From Nemertoderma westbladi (Eukaryota > Animalia > Xenacoelomorpha), in contig JAUCBJ010009018.1 of assembly GCA_032718475.1 (NCBI GenBank), positions 1 to 64,000 on the forward strand: a stretch of 64,000 bases of DNA. The letters run 5' to 3'. The translations under genes and the position numbers were made by a program. Shown here piece by piece: positions 36,101 to 47,105 of the stretch (positions are counted from its first letter, which is position 1; each line of letters starts with the position of its first letter). The notes under the pieces are model-generated. The model searched no databases, was not told the origin of the DNA, and worked only from the letters and a program-made list of their open reading frames with translations.

Positions 36101-37391
36101 GGACCGCGCTCTGACCAAACTCAGCCTGAGAGACTCAGCGGCGGAGAAACTAAACAGCGCGGGATTTGCCCTTTTTCAGGACGTTTGTATACAGAACTTG
36201 CACTCATCTGTTATACAAAGACCCCGAATACCCACGGGTTATTCTGTCGTCGAAGTTCAGACAGTGGGTCCGCTTGCGGAGACAGCCGCACCTACCTCAG
36301 CTATGCAATTGGAAGACGAACCAATATGCTTAGAAGCTGAAGCGATTCAACCTACAGCGCCCCGGAGCAGCGATAACGACTACGTCTTAGAGTGGTATCA
36401 AGGTCCACAATGTCTCACCGCATACGATTATCAACACGCTAACTATGTTTCTCGAAAACGTTGCCGATTATGCGCATCGAGAGACCATTTCACTCCTATG
36501 GACTCAGACGTACCCTGTTCCTACTTCCACGAACAACCAATGATGGAGATATATTGTGCGTATTGCAGAATTAATAACTCTCATATTTTTGCAGTCTGCC
36601 CCCAATTTATGACTCAATGCCATCACTGTCAACTTAAAGGACATGCCAGTTATAATTGCCCCTTTAATCACGATTTAGAGAGCGTAGATGAAATGATTAC
36701 CCTTCGCTACATCCGAGCTTGGGAAGCTAACGCGGATTTACACTGTGAGTCCCGTCATCGATACTACCCTGGACGCTCTTACGAGGGAGTTTACGCGTTC
36801 CATCCTTATTTATTAGCGTCTGTGGAACAAAAAACACGCATACCGAGTTACGAGCTAATGAAGCGTGTTGGTGAGTGTATTTCCACTAAATTTGTTAGAA
36901 GATACCTTAGGAACGTCAATCCTAACGATATTACTTCATACCATTTGATCAATTATATCCGTCAAGACCCGGAGTATGGCGATTTATTTATCAACTCGCA
37001 CCCTGAGTTACAGGAAGTATCTCGACGGCCCTACGAATATCGAGCCCGAGAACGCGAGCTGGAAAGAACTATCAAACCAAGGAAGTTTCTTACCACCCAC
37101 GGTCCGCCTACCGCCATTGCCCAGACAACCCGTCAAGGACCCGTAGGAGCTGCTGTCCTGAGGCGCGCCCTAAAGGCTGTTAGACCTCGCTCCACGGAAG
37201 TTGATATCGATCAACCAGGTACCTCGACCGGCGGATACACCGATCGCAATCCGAAACCTTCTGATGCAATTGTATTGCACCCTTCACCCAGGAGTTACAG
37301 CCCTCCTAGTAAAGTGGCTCGCCCCAAAGAGAAAAGGACTCTTACTAGCCTCAAAAAACTGCGTAAACGCCGTCCGCGTAAGAAAGACTAA
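33138..37391 (+). CDS. Accessory ORF3 (1417 aa): putative DEDDy 3'-5' exonuclease domain plus CCHC zinc knuckles
   Basis: Long intact ORF inside the LTRs. VVTYDNEG, LPQPVLEMLFNEGILKIGSAVYGD and FVDTQ resemble WRN/EXD/RNase D motifs. Three CxxC-H-C clusters lie near the C-terminus, followed by a basic tail. The ORF is certain; the domain call is by eye. Confidence 0.8.
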   Translation: MTELIEDDLGIRERYTLPLQAFVDSLIRGDAGPTTTEDDGRYIEPPMSPEQLTRELDYRKFTARYTHRNGTYMDFLTTGHPIDLHDTDDVDTEREMVLFKYHTQRNRNDKPRIEHENSIRNRLEREDVEEPDKRNDFNDYLEFLRETYLNIASQQNLETRYPQGIHHDPMIELKRLYFTMMYLTADRPLPVVPDSFEQMEEYCKTGERSPAFPLQDMRLWYYCDECPRPNQQTERHKHPRRHCAKHSFTRYTYGSFERNLFDVSPAVARLKRSLNKPMIRVPEYSVRPPHSSVRPQTLDPNSITDPPELYSLFKDLVLPEQLIGGTPVVGSRDIRQPYLAGLGRGHLISPFNPYNRPGFTSIQPATEVEESVVRNALDAIRQKIGKGTYDCLEKRKLQQQVQAVKELALPQFDREIQNLEEDIERGRTYSLQEFLDERLQQQAEENQLEERHIELDEREEAALAQPEAQILMTDLYSKTILHPSMVPHFGDKLFATAQPQPVDINLRSRDLIADAPLLQRPPIEPARVDGILVEPPDNRADLVRRMVHDVNIRARPLPDSFYGIKDHPYYVNLKQYYMVKPKDPTHSLKFLPLINPLDLVELEQLQKHLDQLVKVNSFRKPYNVSRIEKETIPPYNLDGFIKTRLVHWNLDVLFEEERIQRYGDVETYTTQCLKYKDLPNASECATLWHPVGMTLENATKEWNETLNVIEMYGVVTYDNEGSVPVGELGTTRMIHIRGLAGSTHVFTRACSDVIDYSFETLTEIQKKLRHGQFELAQRYVTDTERKPAMGIDGSMLPQPVLEMLFNEGILKIGSAVYGDLQNDFRNMENIPYPFVDTQLIAPWAEGRGFFRTTYANTPSGITKVQRTSIGHLAFQEYGWNFKVGNPINYQQVYGDHYSRLYFDGPLTAPGAVYSFMSVPLRPSLAIYTIFENAALAGWLADVCSRTIRAHPLVLGTKLAKLDEHNKFIRFECFKRFLTPFRNVDSQFKDRALTKLSLRDSAAEKLNSAGFALFQDVCIQNLHSSVIQRPRIPTGYSVVEVQTVGPLAETAAPTSAMQLEDEPICLEAEAIQPTAPRSSDNDYVLEWYQGPQCLTAYDYQHANYVSRKRCRLCASRDHFTPMDSDVPCSYFHEQPMMEIYCAYCRINNSHIFAVCPQFMTQCHHCQLKGHASYNCPFNHDLESVDEMITLRYIRAWEANADLHCESRHRYYPGRSYEGVYAFHPYLLASVEQKTRIPSYELMKRVGECISTKFVRRYLRNVNPNDITSYHLINYIRQDPEYGDLFINSHPELQEVSRRPYEYRARERELERTIKPRKFLTTHGPPTAIAQTTRQGPVGAAVLRRALKAVRPRSTEVDIDQPGTSTGGYTDRNPKPSDAIVLHPSPRSYSPPSKVARPKEKRTLTSLKKLRKRRPRKKD

Positions 37392-37469
37392 CTGTTTAGA
37401 GTATTTTTATATTTTAGAAACTGTGATTTGTTATATTTTATAGACTTAAATCCCATTTTCTGGGAGCGG

Positions 37470-38644
37470 TGTAAAAGCTTTTGCGTCATTAACCGGTTAT
37501 TTTCCCTTAAAGTACTCTGTAGTTGGTTTGCCAGGCATAAAAAGGCCATGTCCTTGCTTTACTGGTGTTTTAGAGGACATAAAAGTCATTTCTTCTGTAT
37601 TTGTACTGTATTTGTACTTTAGAGGACATAATCCGCAATCTCATGACGCGATAAGCTAGATACTCTTGAAAACAGTGTCGCTACCATGACGACGGCTAAC
37701 AGCTGATATTGCCACGTCGACGTTTCTTTGTTTCTTTGTTCTCTCGTTGTTCGGTTGACCAATCAGAGCGTTTTTTGTCTCTGTGTTGGAGGTGTATACA
37801 GAACTCAGTAGTTCAGTGTTTATGTTTTTGCTAAAGCCTAAGAACATCGGCCTTTGGCACCTACGTATATCAGCATTCTTTAGCTTTACATTAGTAGGCT
37901 TAATTATAGAACGTATATCTGTTAACGAAACATACTAACCACAAGTTAACTCATTCACTTAATAATCATTTATACATTAATATTACTGCTTTTACTGTCG
38001 GTTATTCATTATATTGGTTGATGAAATATTATATCGGAATACTGATCAATAGTCAGACACCCCACCTTCTTGATATACTAAAGGTTAGAGAGACCGGTTA
38101 CAGATAAACGATTGCGACCTATGTTGAGTGGTTTGAAGTGAATCTAATGCTATTTCATATGCCCAACATAAATTGTCTGTTGCTCTCTTTATACGTGACT
38201 AAATTTAGTGAAGGTCGGCAGATTAGTGTGCAGTATTGTGCAGCTTTGTGTATGAGTGTAACTGATAACAAAGCATCTCCTAAAGAATGTGCCATATACG
38301 TTAATCTATAGCCTTTTCGTTGTGTCTAGTTTAAGTCATAACTCTGTTTACATATTTAGAGCGCCACGTCCTAAAGGAACTGTTAATATTTCCCAAAGTG
38401 AATAATATTGGTCGGAGATTATATATTACGATCAGTCGAATAATACGGTAGGCTTACACTATCAATCATTAAGCTCCGAACTCAGTCTCCCGGGTATATC
38501 CAACGGGTGAATGATTGCGCATAGACTGGCTTCGGCTAATGTAGTGTATCAAATACTCGTCATAAAGCTAAAGAATATATATCATCTAAAAGACATTCTA
38601 ATTTTGGCAGGTTAAACTGTCAAAGGTCTTCAAAAGCGCAAACA
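37470..38644 (+). repeat. 3' LTR of element B
   Basis: Direct repeat of 20039-21214, preceded by the PPT and followed by the TSD. Confidence 0.95.
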
Positions 38645-39230
38645 GGAGTTCCATTTATCCATCCTACGCAGGTTCGATGAGGTCTGCAAGGGAATTAAGG
38701 TGCATCCACTAGAAGACATGAAGATCCTGGGCGCACCAATTGGAGACAACGCCATCGTCTCCTGTCTCGATAAAAAAACTCGCGGACCTCTAGACTCTCG
38801 TCTCCTGATTCCCATCGCGCCTTCTTCCTCCCTGCGGTGCTCACTCACAATCCCGCAACTAACGTACTTCCTCCGAACGGCTCTGTGTTTCGACTTCCCA
38901 GGGCTGCTGGGGGAGGACGATTCCATCCAGCGGATCACCCTGTAGGAGATCTCCAACATACCCATCTGGACGACTACGCAAGTATTAGGAACTCATGGAC
39001 CAGGGCTACCTCTTCCACCCAGTAGCCTACGAGACCTTGGGCTGTCCCGGCCCTGAAACATCCGAGTTCCTGAAGGAGATCGGGGCAAGACTTTACTCTG
39101 TTACCCAGGTTACTTCACCGTTCCCTCCTGCAAAGGCTGACAATCGCCATCCTGGACGGCCTCCATTATGGGGACCGTGGACCCCTCATTCATTAACAAC
39201 GAGGGGTTCTACGAAGTTGTCCATGGTCCC
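38645..39230 (+). mobile_element. CRE-like non-LTR retrotransposon fragment, right half (RT thumb and RLE tail, deleted)
   Basis: ILGAPIG, IPQLTYFLRT and GYLFHPVAYETLGCPGPETSEFLKEIG resemble CRE-clade proteins. Confidence 0.6.
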
Positions 39231-40491
39231 TAAGACCCCAACCCCCCCCCCCCCCCCCCCCCCCCCCCCAACCCGACGGGACAGACTAATGGGACAGACA
39301 TGAGTAACCTTCTTTGTAGATTTTCCCAATGGATTCACTGTGGAGAGCTATCAGCTGATAAGATGATACATTATAAACCAACAGTTTATGTTTGATTACT
39401 CTCTGGGAGAGAGTGATTGAGTAAACCCAGCCTTACTAAAACTTGGCAAGTAATATCTATCCAATGAAAAGCATTAATGAGGCCCTCACTATATATTTTC
39501 ATGAGCACCAGCTGGTGTTTTCATCATTGCGCCTATGGCGTTTTTTTCGTTTATGACTATTTTTCGAGCACAGAGGCTATGGACTCAGTAGGCGACCATG
39601 CCAGGGACCTTTGAATCTGGTCAGCTAGTGAGAAATTTCATCGAAATTTTAGAGTAGTTTTGGCTGTAAATCAGTCAGTCAGTTAGACAGTCAGTCAGCT
39701 TAGAGTCGGTTTCTACTAACGGATGTACTGATAGCTACTATTAATTACTTAGTCAAGCTGGAAACCCCATTATTGCTAATTAAAGTTGTTTGGTATAAGT
39801 TGTGTGGTTTAACAGATCACATGGATAATCAAAGGTCAATCACATTATTGAATTGGATTCGATTGCTTTATTAGAGTTGTTTTCATCCAAACCCAATTGC
39901 TAATAAACGGATTACATTGAATTTAGTACAAATATTAAGCACGTACTCTAGGAATATAAGTAACTGCAAACAAATATTGTACTTTCTGTTTTGGTCGGCC
40001 TCCACCATACAAGTTTCGAATTATGGTATTTTTTTTGAGGAGCCGTTCTGAAGTACAGTTGATCGTTGGATCAACTAGAAAACTAGAAAGCCAGTGGCCG
40101 AAGGCCACGGCGTTCTAGTTATTATCTAATCGTCATTATATTGAGTAATATTGTATAGTTGTGAATGTGAAGTGGGATGGTTGGGCGGGTTTTATGTTCG
40201 CCTCCCATTTTTTCCCTTTTCGCAACCTCCCCCTACAGTCGCTATCCTGCCTCAGGTTTCCGTACCAGAATTCCTCCATTATCTTACTTACACCCACCCA
40301 CACCCCCTAGCATACGCATCCCTTGTTGACATTTAAGACACGATATTGACATTAACTGGCGCATCCACCATTGTTAAAAACTCAGGGTCGAAATATACCA
40401 AGTTAGTGACTGTCCTGTGGTCAATTATAAAAATTAACAATGAAGCAAGCTAAAAGTGCCATCTTTCCACTAATGATCAGATACAAATTAC

Positions 40492-41395
40492 AAGCGACAG
40501 GATACAATACAATACGAAAACTGATTTTCGTATAGCAGTAATCTATTCGTATCGTATCATAAAAATTTACGTCGTATCGTATAATACGAATAAATATTTT
40601 TCGTATTTCGTATAGTATTTTCGTAGGCTATCTTATCATTTTGTAAATATTAATGTTTTTAACAGTCATACTAGATATCATACCATTTATTTCTTTAAAT
40701 TTTTTTCTCAAAATTGGTGTATAAATTACGTAACAGCTTACAGTTTTATTATGTAATAAAATGTGTAAGACATGAGTAACTGGAGGACAGGAGATAATTA
40801 ACTGTAGAATAATGATAAAAAGATCACTGAAATATATTCTAATTTCAGTTTGAAAAAACTTGTGAGGAGAACTCTAATCGTGCTTACAAGGCATTGATGT
40901 TATGATAAAGGCATTAGTGAAATAAATAAAACATGGTTTTCTTCTATTATTACTGTAGTTTAACTTTTATTCCATACCCATCAAATTCAAAATTATTCCA
41001 TTTATAACTGTAGTACAGTATACATAAAGTGGCATAGTAACATAGTAACACCTACTATTGCATTGGGCCGTGTTGCATAACGCCCTTGTGGATATTGTAG
41101 CCAGTAGACATACTATAGCTGCAGCAAGCATACTGGAACAATGAAATAAAAAAATTACCTATTATAAAGAGATTTACATGATTTTCTAAGTGTAATACAA
41201 ATATGCCACACATGTTTTTTTATCAACTCTTAGGTAAAATACGATACGAAAAAAATACGAAACTATTTACGTATCGTATCTTGGATTATTCGTATCGTAT
41301 CGTATTTTCTCAAAATTACATTCGAATCGTATCGTATCACGAAAAATCGGTTCGTATCGTATCATATTTTCGTATCGTATCGAATCCTGTCCCTG
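40492..41395. mobile_element. hAT-like non-autonomous element with TCGTA subterminal repeats
   Basis: Inverted ends GACAGGATAC... and ...GAATCCTGTCCCTG. Many TCGTA/TACGA repeats. Flanks CAAATTAC and CATATTAC (8 bp, 1 mismatch). Confidence 0.65.
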
Positions 41396-41552
41396 CATAT
41401 TACTGTACCGGTATGTATGAACATAGTTCATAAAAAATACAACAATTTACGAATTTGCAATATTTACAAATTAGTTACCAAAATAAAATGTATGAGCAGA
41501 GTTGATGTGGGTGTGTAATTTGCCTTGATGACTGAAATTTTCATTACAATAA

Positions 41553-43049
41553 TTACAATGTATTATATTTGACATCTTTATGGATAGAGTCGACGTGTTT
41601 TTTTAGATTGCCTTTAGTAGTAAATGATTTTCCACAATCAAAGCAGCTGTACTTGATATCTTTATGGACGTAGTTGATATGGGTCGTTAGGTAGCCTCGC
41701 TGACTGAATTCTTTATTACAATAACCGCACTTATGCTTAACATCTTTATGAATAGAGCCGATATGAATGTTTAGGTATTTTTTACTACTGAATTCTTTAT
41801 TACAATAACCGCAATTATGTTTGACATATTTATGGATAGAGTTAACATGGGTGTTTAGGCTGCCTCGCTGACTGAATTCTTTATGACAATAACCGCACTT
41901 ATGTTTGATACCAATATGAATAGAGTCGACATGTTTTTTAAGTTCGTCTTTTCTAGCAAATGATTTTCCACAATCAAAACAGCTGTATTTGATGTCTTTA
42001 TGAACGAAGTCTAAATGAGTCTGTAAGCTGCCTTTCTTACTGAATTCTTTATGACAATAACCGCACTTATGTTTGACATCTTTATGGATAGACTCGACAT
42101 GTCGTTTTAGAATGCGTTTAGTACTAAATGATTTTCCACAATCAAAGCAGCTGTACTTGATATCTTTATGGGCGCAGTTGATATGGGTGTTTAGGCTGCC
42201 TTGCTGACTGAACTCTTTATGACAATAACCGCACTTATGTTTTACATCTTTATGGATAGAGTCGACATGTAGTTTTAGAACGCCTTTTGTACAAAATGAT
42301 TTCCCGCAATGAAAGCAGCTATACTTGATAAGTTTATGGGTAGCGTCAACATGCTTTGTTATACTACCCTTGTATTTAAACAGTTTATCACAATAATCGC
42401 ATTTATACTTATTCTTTACGTCTTTATGAACGGATTCTATATGTCTCTCTAAACTTCCTTTGTCATCAAATAATGCATTGCAATAGAAGCAGTAACTGGT
42501 ACCAGGAGAAAATACCAACTCCCCAACAGTTTCATTAGAACTACCTGATTCTGTTGTTGCACAACCGATTGAGGGTTCAGAAGCGCTAAAAAGATCAATA
42601 TTGTCACGAGAGGTACCAGCAACATTAAATTGTTCTTTAATAGTTCGAGTTTCTACTAATGGCTCAATAACTAAACAACCTTCAGATTTTGCAATGATAA
42701 ACTGCAACCCAGAAGCAGAATGCTGACCATGAATGTCTGTATCTTCAGTTCCAATAGGCCCACCATACGAACAATCGGGGCTGTCGTTTTCCCGTTTTTC
42801 GACAACAAAATAATCTCCGGATGGTTCATAAGAAATATCTTTGTCATCTTGTACAGGGAGAACAACTTCATCGAACAAATTGTCGTGATCTTCGATGGGA
42901 GATGATCCGTGAACGCAGTTCTCTTGTTTAACTTTAAGATAATAAGGGGCACAGTCTGTTGGTTCTTCCTTTATAATTATACCGCTAACAGATGATTTAT
43001 CTTTCAATACATTATGCTGTTGCTCCATTATCAAATATTTAATAAACAT
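41553..43049 (-). CDS. C2H2 zinc-finger protein (about 11 tandem fingers, 498 aa, uninterrupted ORF)
   Basis: Repeated C-x2-C-x12-H-x4-H units of 28 aa with HKDVKHKC/HKDIKYSC linkers. Acidic N-terminus with IKEEP. Confidence 0.92.
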   Translation of the reverse strand: MFIKYLIMEQQHNVLKDKSSVSGIIIKEEPTDCAPYYLKVKQENCVHGSSPIEDHDNLFDEVVLPVQDDKDISYEPSGDYFVVEKRENDSPDCSYGGPIGTEDTDIHGQHSASGLQFIIAKSEGCLVIEPLVETRTIKEQFNVAGTSRDNIDLFSASEPSIGCATTESGSSNETVGELVFSPGTSYCFYCNALFDDKGSLERHIESVHKDVKNKYKCDYCDKLFKYKGSITKHVDATHKLIKYSCFHCGKSFCTKGVLKLHVDSIHKDVKHKCGYCHKEFSQQGSLNTHINCAHKDIKYSCFDCGKSFSTKRILKRHVESIHKDVKHKCGYCHKEFSKKGSLQTHLDFVHKDIKYSCFDCGKSFARKDELKKHVDSIHIGIKHKCGYCHKEFSQRGSLNTHVNSIHKYVKHNCGYCNKEFSSKKYLNIHIGSIHKDVKHKCGYCNKEFSQRGYLTTHINYVHKDIKYSCFDCGKSFTTKGNLKKHVDSIHKDVKYNTL

Positions 43050-43783
43050 TTATGAATAAATAACAATACGTATATTTATCACTCGGCCTACGCCAACAAT
43101 TGATTATAAACTGCCTGTCGTAGGTAGGATTTATAGAGTGGGAGTACGACAGTATATATCGAGATCCACTTACTGTAACAAAAATAATTTCAAAATTGAA
43201 CTCTGTCCAGCTTACATCTGTACATCGATGCAAATAAGAGCGGATTACAAGCAAAAATTAATCTTTAAACTTATGAATCAACTCAGACCTTCATGGGGTT
43301 CAAACTTCGGTTTGTACTAAAGCTTTTGATTTGGGGATAACCGTATCTTCGTAGTGCGGTAGTACCGATAGTGCAGTAGTACCGGTAATGCAGTAGTACC
43401 GGTAGTGCTTTGGCACAGCTACTTATTTGTATACATTCTTTGCATCCTCAGTAGTGGATAGACGGCCGCGGCGCTCCCAAAAATCAAAACCCAGCGTCGA
43501 TTGCCGATTTGTTGTTTACAATTACGGATGACGGAAGTGCCATAAGAATTGCATTACCAGTCTGCCAGTAGACCATAAACTGGGGTATAACTTTTCACCG
43601 TATCCGTATGTACATACGCGTATGTGCGTATGTAATGGATTCCTATGGAGAATAATCCGTATGTGATTTTAGAGATTAGGCATTGCGGACCAGTAAGAAG
43701 TGCACTGCACACATGCAGACTTCAGACAGGTAGGCCTACTTAAAGCTAAGTGATTTAAAGAGTGTTGCTGCCTCTACCTTTTG

Positions 43784-44026
43784 CAGATAGGGGGGGAAAC
43801 TGGACGCAATAAAAATTCATCCCAATCCAGGGGAAATTCGACGCAAATAACAGCTGATTACACTCAAAAATAAAACTGTAACCTGTTCTATTGTGCTTAG
43901 TTTATTGTTTTGGTTAAAATAACGTGCCACTGTAACCTGCTCCTTTCCCTAAATTGAGAATTTAACATTGAGGCGGGATATTAATTCGCCAAGGCGGGTT
44001 TTGCGTCCAGTTTCTCCCACTGTCTC
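43784..44026. mobile_element. MITE with 8-bp TSD (hAT-like), copy 2
   Basis: Same family as 4039-4313. TSD ACCTTTTG at 43776-43783 and 44027-44034. Confidence 0.85.
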
Positions 44027-45567
44027 ACCTTTTGTCAAATAAACGATGCAGGAAGGAAAGGTCCAGACTGCCAGGATGAGTGACAGCCGGTGTCCGCCAA
44101 CCCCGGGATGCGACAGCAATGCAGTACCTATTAAACAGTTAACTCTTCTTGACGCCCCTTGGAAAACTAACCAACCGTGATTTATTTTTGAACTGTTTTT
44201 TCCACCAACCTGGTTATAGAAACTAGTTGTAGACCCAATGGCGGCATCAATGTGGATAGTTGGTCTTAGAAAGTTCTCAATCTCAAGCTGAAGCAGTTGA
44301 ATAGGAAGAGTAGGAATAAGATTCCAGATTCAGCTTCTTTAATTGTTAAATTACTAGTAGTAGTAGAGTTAGTTATTAGGCGTGTGTTATTATTACGAGT
44401 TGATTGCAACAAATTACAGTATATCTTGTATCCCTTATACCCAATCCGTATACCATTATTATTATGCGGTCAGTATCATTCAGCTGCACTGTCATTCAAT
44501 CAGCTGAATTAATGCGCCAAGCTGCCAAGTAGTTATAATTGTACTGAACAGCCTAGTAAAATCAGGATACCGGTACTACAGAATTTTGGACTTGGTATGG
44601 TGGGCAGAGCTGCTATTTATGTGGCAGTAGAAATGTAAGAAGATTGATTAAGTAAAGAATAAAGCGATATATTGAAACAAACGTCAAGCCAAATAAACAA
44701 TTTTTTCTGCATAATTGAGTATGAATCCTAAACAATACTAAGTACTACTACAGTAATATGTACCGGTACAATCTATGCAAATCTTGTATGCTTTATCCTC
44801 CAATAATAAAACGTATGCTCGTGGTAAGGATTAAACTGCTACATTATATAATAAAACTAAATCCATACCGTTCGTGTAAAAACGTAATCTTTACATATAC
44901 ATATATGCATAAAGTAAAGTAAAGTATAAATAAATAATGTAAAGTATAATACACATTCGCGTAAAGATTTAAACTGCCGCAATATAAAGTCAACTCCATT
45001 CCTCGCTTATAATAAGTTAAATAACCTTGATACAAAGTACTCTCTATCTGGAATATTTGTATATTTCTCGTGCAAAGATTTTGTTCTACAGTAAATAATA
45101 TAAAGTCGAATTTGTAAAACCTTAGCAAAATCAATCCCATCAAAGCATATAGTAGGGTGCTTGAGCAAGACAACCTCACGTTAAAAAATTAATATGAACC
45201 CACATTAAAAAAAAACAAACAAACTTTCCTACCGCAATTAGCGATTATTAGATAAAACATACATTATAGGGGGGAGGGGGGGGGGGGGGGGGAGACTTCA
45301 GACACAATTGTAATCTTAAGCAATAATACTATCTTTTATATTGTGCAAGCACCCAATTATATTAGATAGAGGGAAAGACATTGTCATATAAACATAAAAA
45401 ATTTTCAATTAAAAAGATATCGTTTATTTCAGGTAGGCCTTATAATCTTTCATTAAATAATTCTCTCATTTTAATACAACAAACAGGACAAACACCAGAT
45501 CTAATATAAAAAATAAAAATATAAAGTTTAAACATAAATACTAATATAGTTTTCTGAGTCCAGGTAG

Positions 45568-46110
45568 CTATGGCTGTGGCTGAGGCTGCGGTGGTTGGTT
45601 GCGCCCAGGTGCGGCCACGAACTGAGGTTCGCGTAGTATGTGTTGTGGTGCTTCAACGGGCCTCAGTTCTATCCCGGGATTAACGATATTTACCGGCACC
45701 AGGGGATTAATTTTTGTGATGTGGAGTTTTGGGGGGACGTTAACTCGTCTCCTGCCGGATGGCCCGGTTTCAGCCAACCAACAACGTACCACCCCCCTCA
45801 ATCTGGGCCGTTCTGGCACGCCACCTGCGCAGCCACCCAAGGCCTTAACGGTACCCGTTTGAACGGACGTGACGCTTCCCTGCAGACTCGACTCCCGCAC
45901 GAACAGAGTGGTGAAAGCCCGCGAAGGGAAGGACTTCACCTCGAACTCCTGAAGTTCGTCGCAACTGATGCAGAAGTCGATCACCCAGGAGGGCGTCGAT
46001 GTCGCGGTCCAGCAGCAGCAGGTCTTCCCCTGCTGGGCCTGGGAGTCGCAGAACGGACCGTAACACACATCGTCCCCATATCCAACTCTTACGCGCAGAG
46101 TGCGCGTTGT
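45568..46110 (-). pseudogene. GC-rich coding-like fragment of unknown function
   Basis: GC-rich island with Cys-rich CYGPFCDSQ...CCC. A second frame reads GWYVVGWLKPG, suggesting frameshifts in a real protein. Confidence 0.4.
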
Positions 46111-47105
46111 TATAGACAGAAATAGTTGAATTTCGCTAAATTGAAAATCAGTGAAAAAAGCGGTGAGTTCCGCTTACTTTTTTTAACGAATAATAGTCCT
46201 TTATTATTATAAATTTTAAATAATAACAATTTTTTCCTAAAATCACACCTCCCAAAAGACATAAATTCTATATATTTAGGAACGAATATATTGGTGTATC
46301 ATTAAATTAGACACGAAATTAATAAAATTAATTAAAATTAAATGTTAAATTGTACTACAGTAATAATTTACTATTATTTTAAATAGCTTTTGCTTTTTGC
46401 TAACGTTTTCCTTTAAGCATTACATTACACTTTAAACATTTTTTTAAACACTTAAAAAATTTTTTTTTTTTTTTTTATATATAAATAATCATAATAATTT
46501 ATTATTTAATATAATATATAAAACAGACATTGTCCCACCACCAGCTGACGTAGCCTATGTAACAAGAATAACAATGCAGAACGCGCACCCCGCAGACACA
46601 TTAAACCCGCGCGGAGGAGTGCGAAACTCAATTCATGGCGGATCCAACGAATACACTCGGAGAATACACTTTAAAAATACTATGGGACACAGTGGTCTAA
46701 ATGGTGCTATATGTGAGATATACTCAAAATATTTATTGAACAGCCAGAAATTAATAAATAAATGAGGTTGTTTTATCAGTGAGATAATGTTCGGTAAATT
46801 TCTCCCAACTTGCGGGCCCCTTCCAACTTACGGGCCCACGGCAGCTACCCCTGTTGCCCCCCCCCCCCCCCCCCCCTTAATCCTTCCCTGGCTCTGCAAT
46901 ATGCAGCCGCACTCTTAAAATCATATAGCTTTTAAGTAGGCCTACCTGTCTTCAGTCTGCATGTGTGCTGTGCACTTCTTACTGGTCCGCAATGTCAATG
47001 TCTAATATTTACAATCACATACGGATTATTCTCCATAGGAATCCATTACGTGTCTGTTTGTGGTTTATGTAATATTTCTTCTGGCAGTCTGGGCCCCTAT
47101 TTAAA

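Larger units (their letters stand above)
20039..38644 (+). mobile_element. Full-length 18.6-kb BEL/Pao LTR retrotransposon, element B, with an extra ORF
   Basis: LTRs at 20039-21214 and 37470-38644. TSD GGAGT at 20034-20038 and 38645-38649. Gag-PR-RT-RH-IN order with BEL/Pao motifs; PPT GGGAGCGG at 37462-37469. Confidence 0.97.
43557..47092. mobile_element. Composite element of about 3.5 kb bounded by roughly 190-bp inverted repeats
   Basis: CCAGTCTGCCAG and CTGGCAGTCTGG termini. 43630-43750 is the reverse complement of 46927-47050. Confidence 0.75.

Noticed and set aside
33138-37391. ORF3 as an envelope glycoprotein
   Set aside because: No N-terminal signal peptide or C-terminal hydrophobic anchor. 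Cysteines are in CCHC zinc patterns and the tail is basic.
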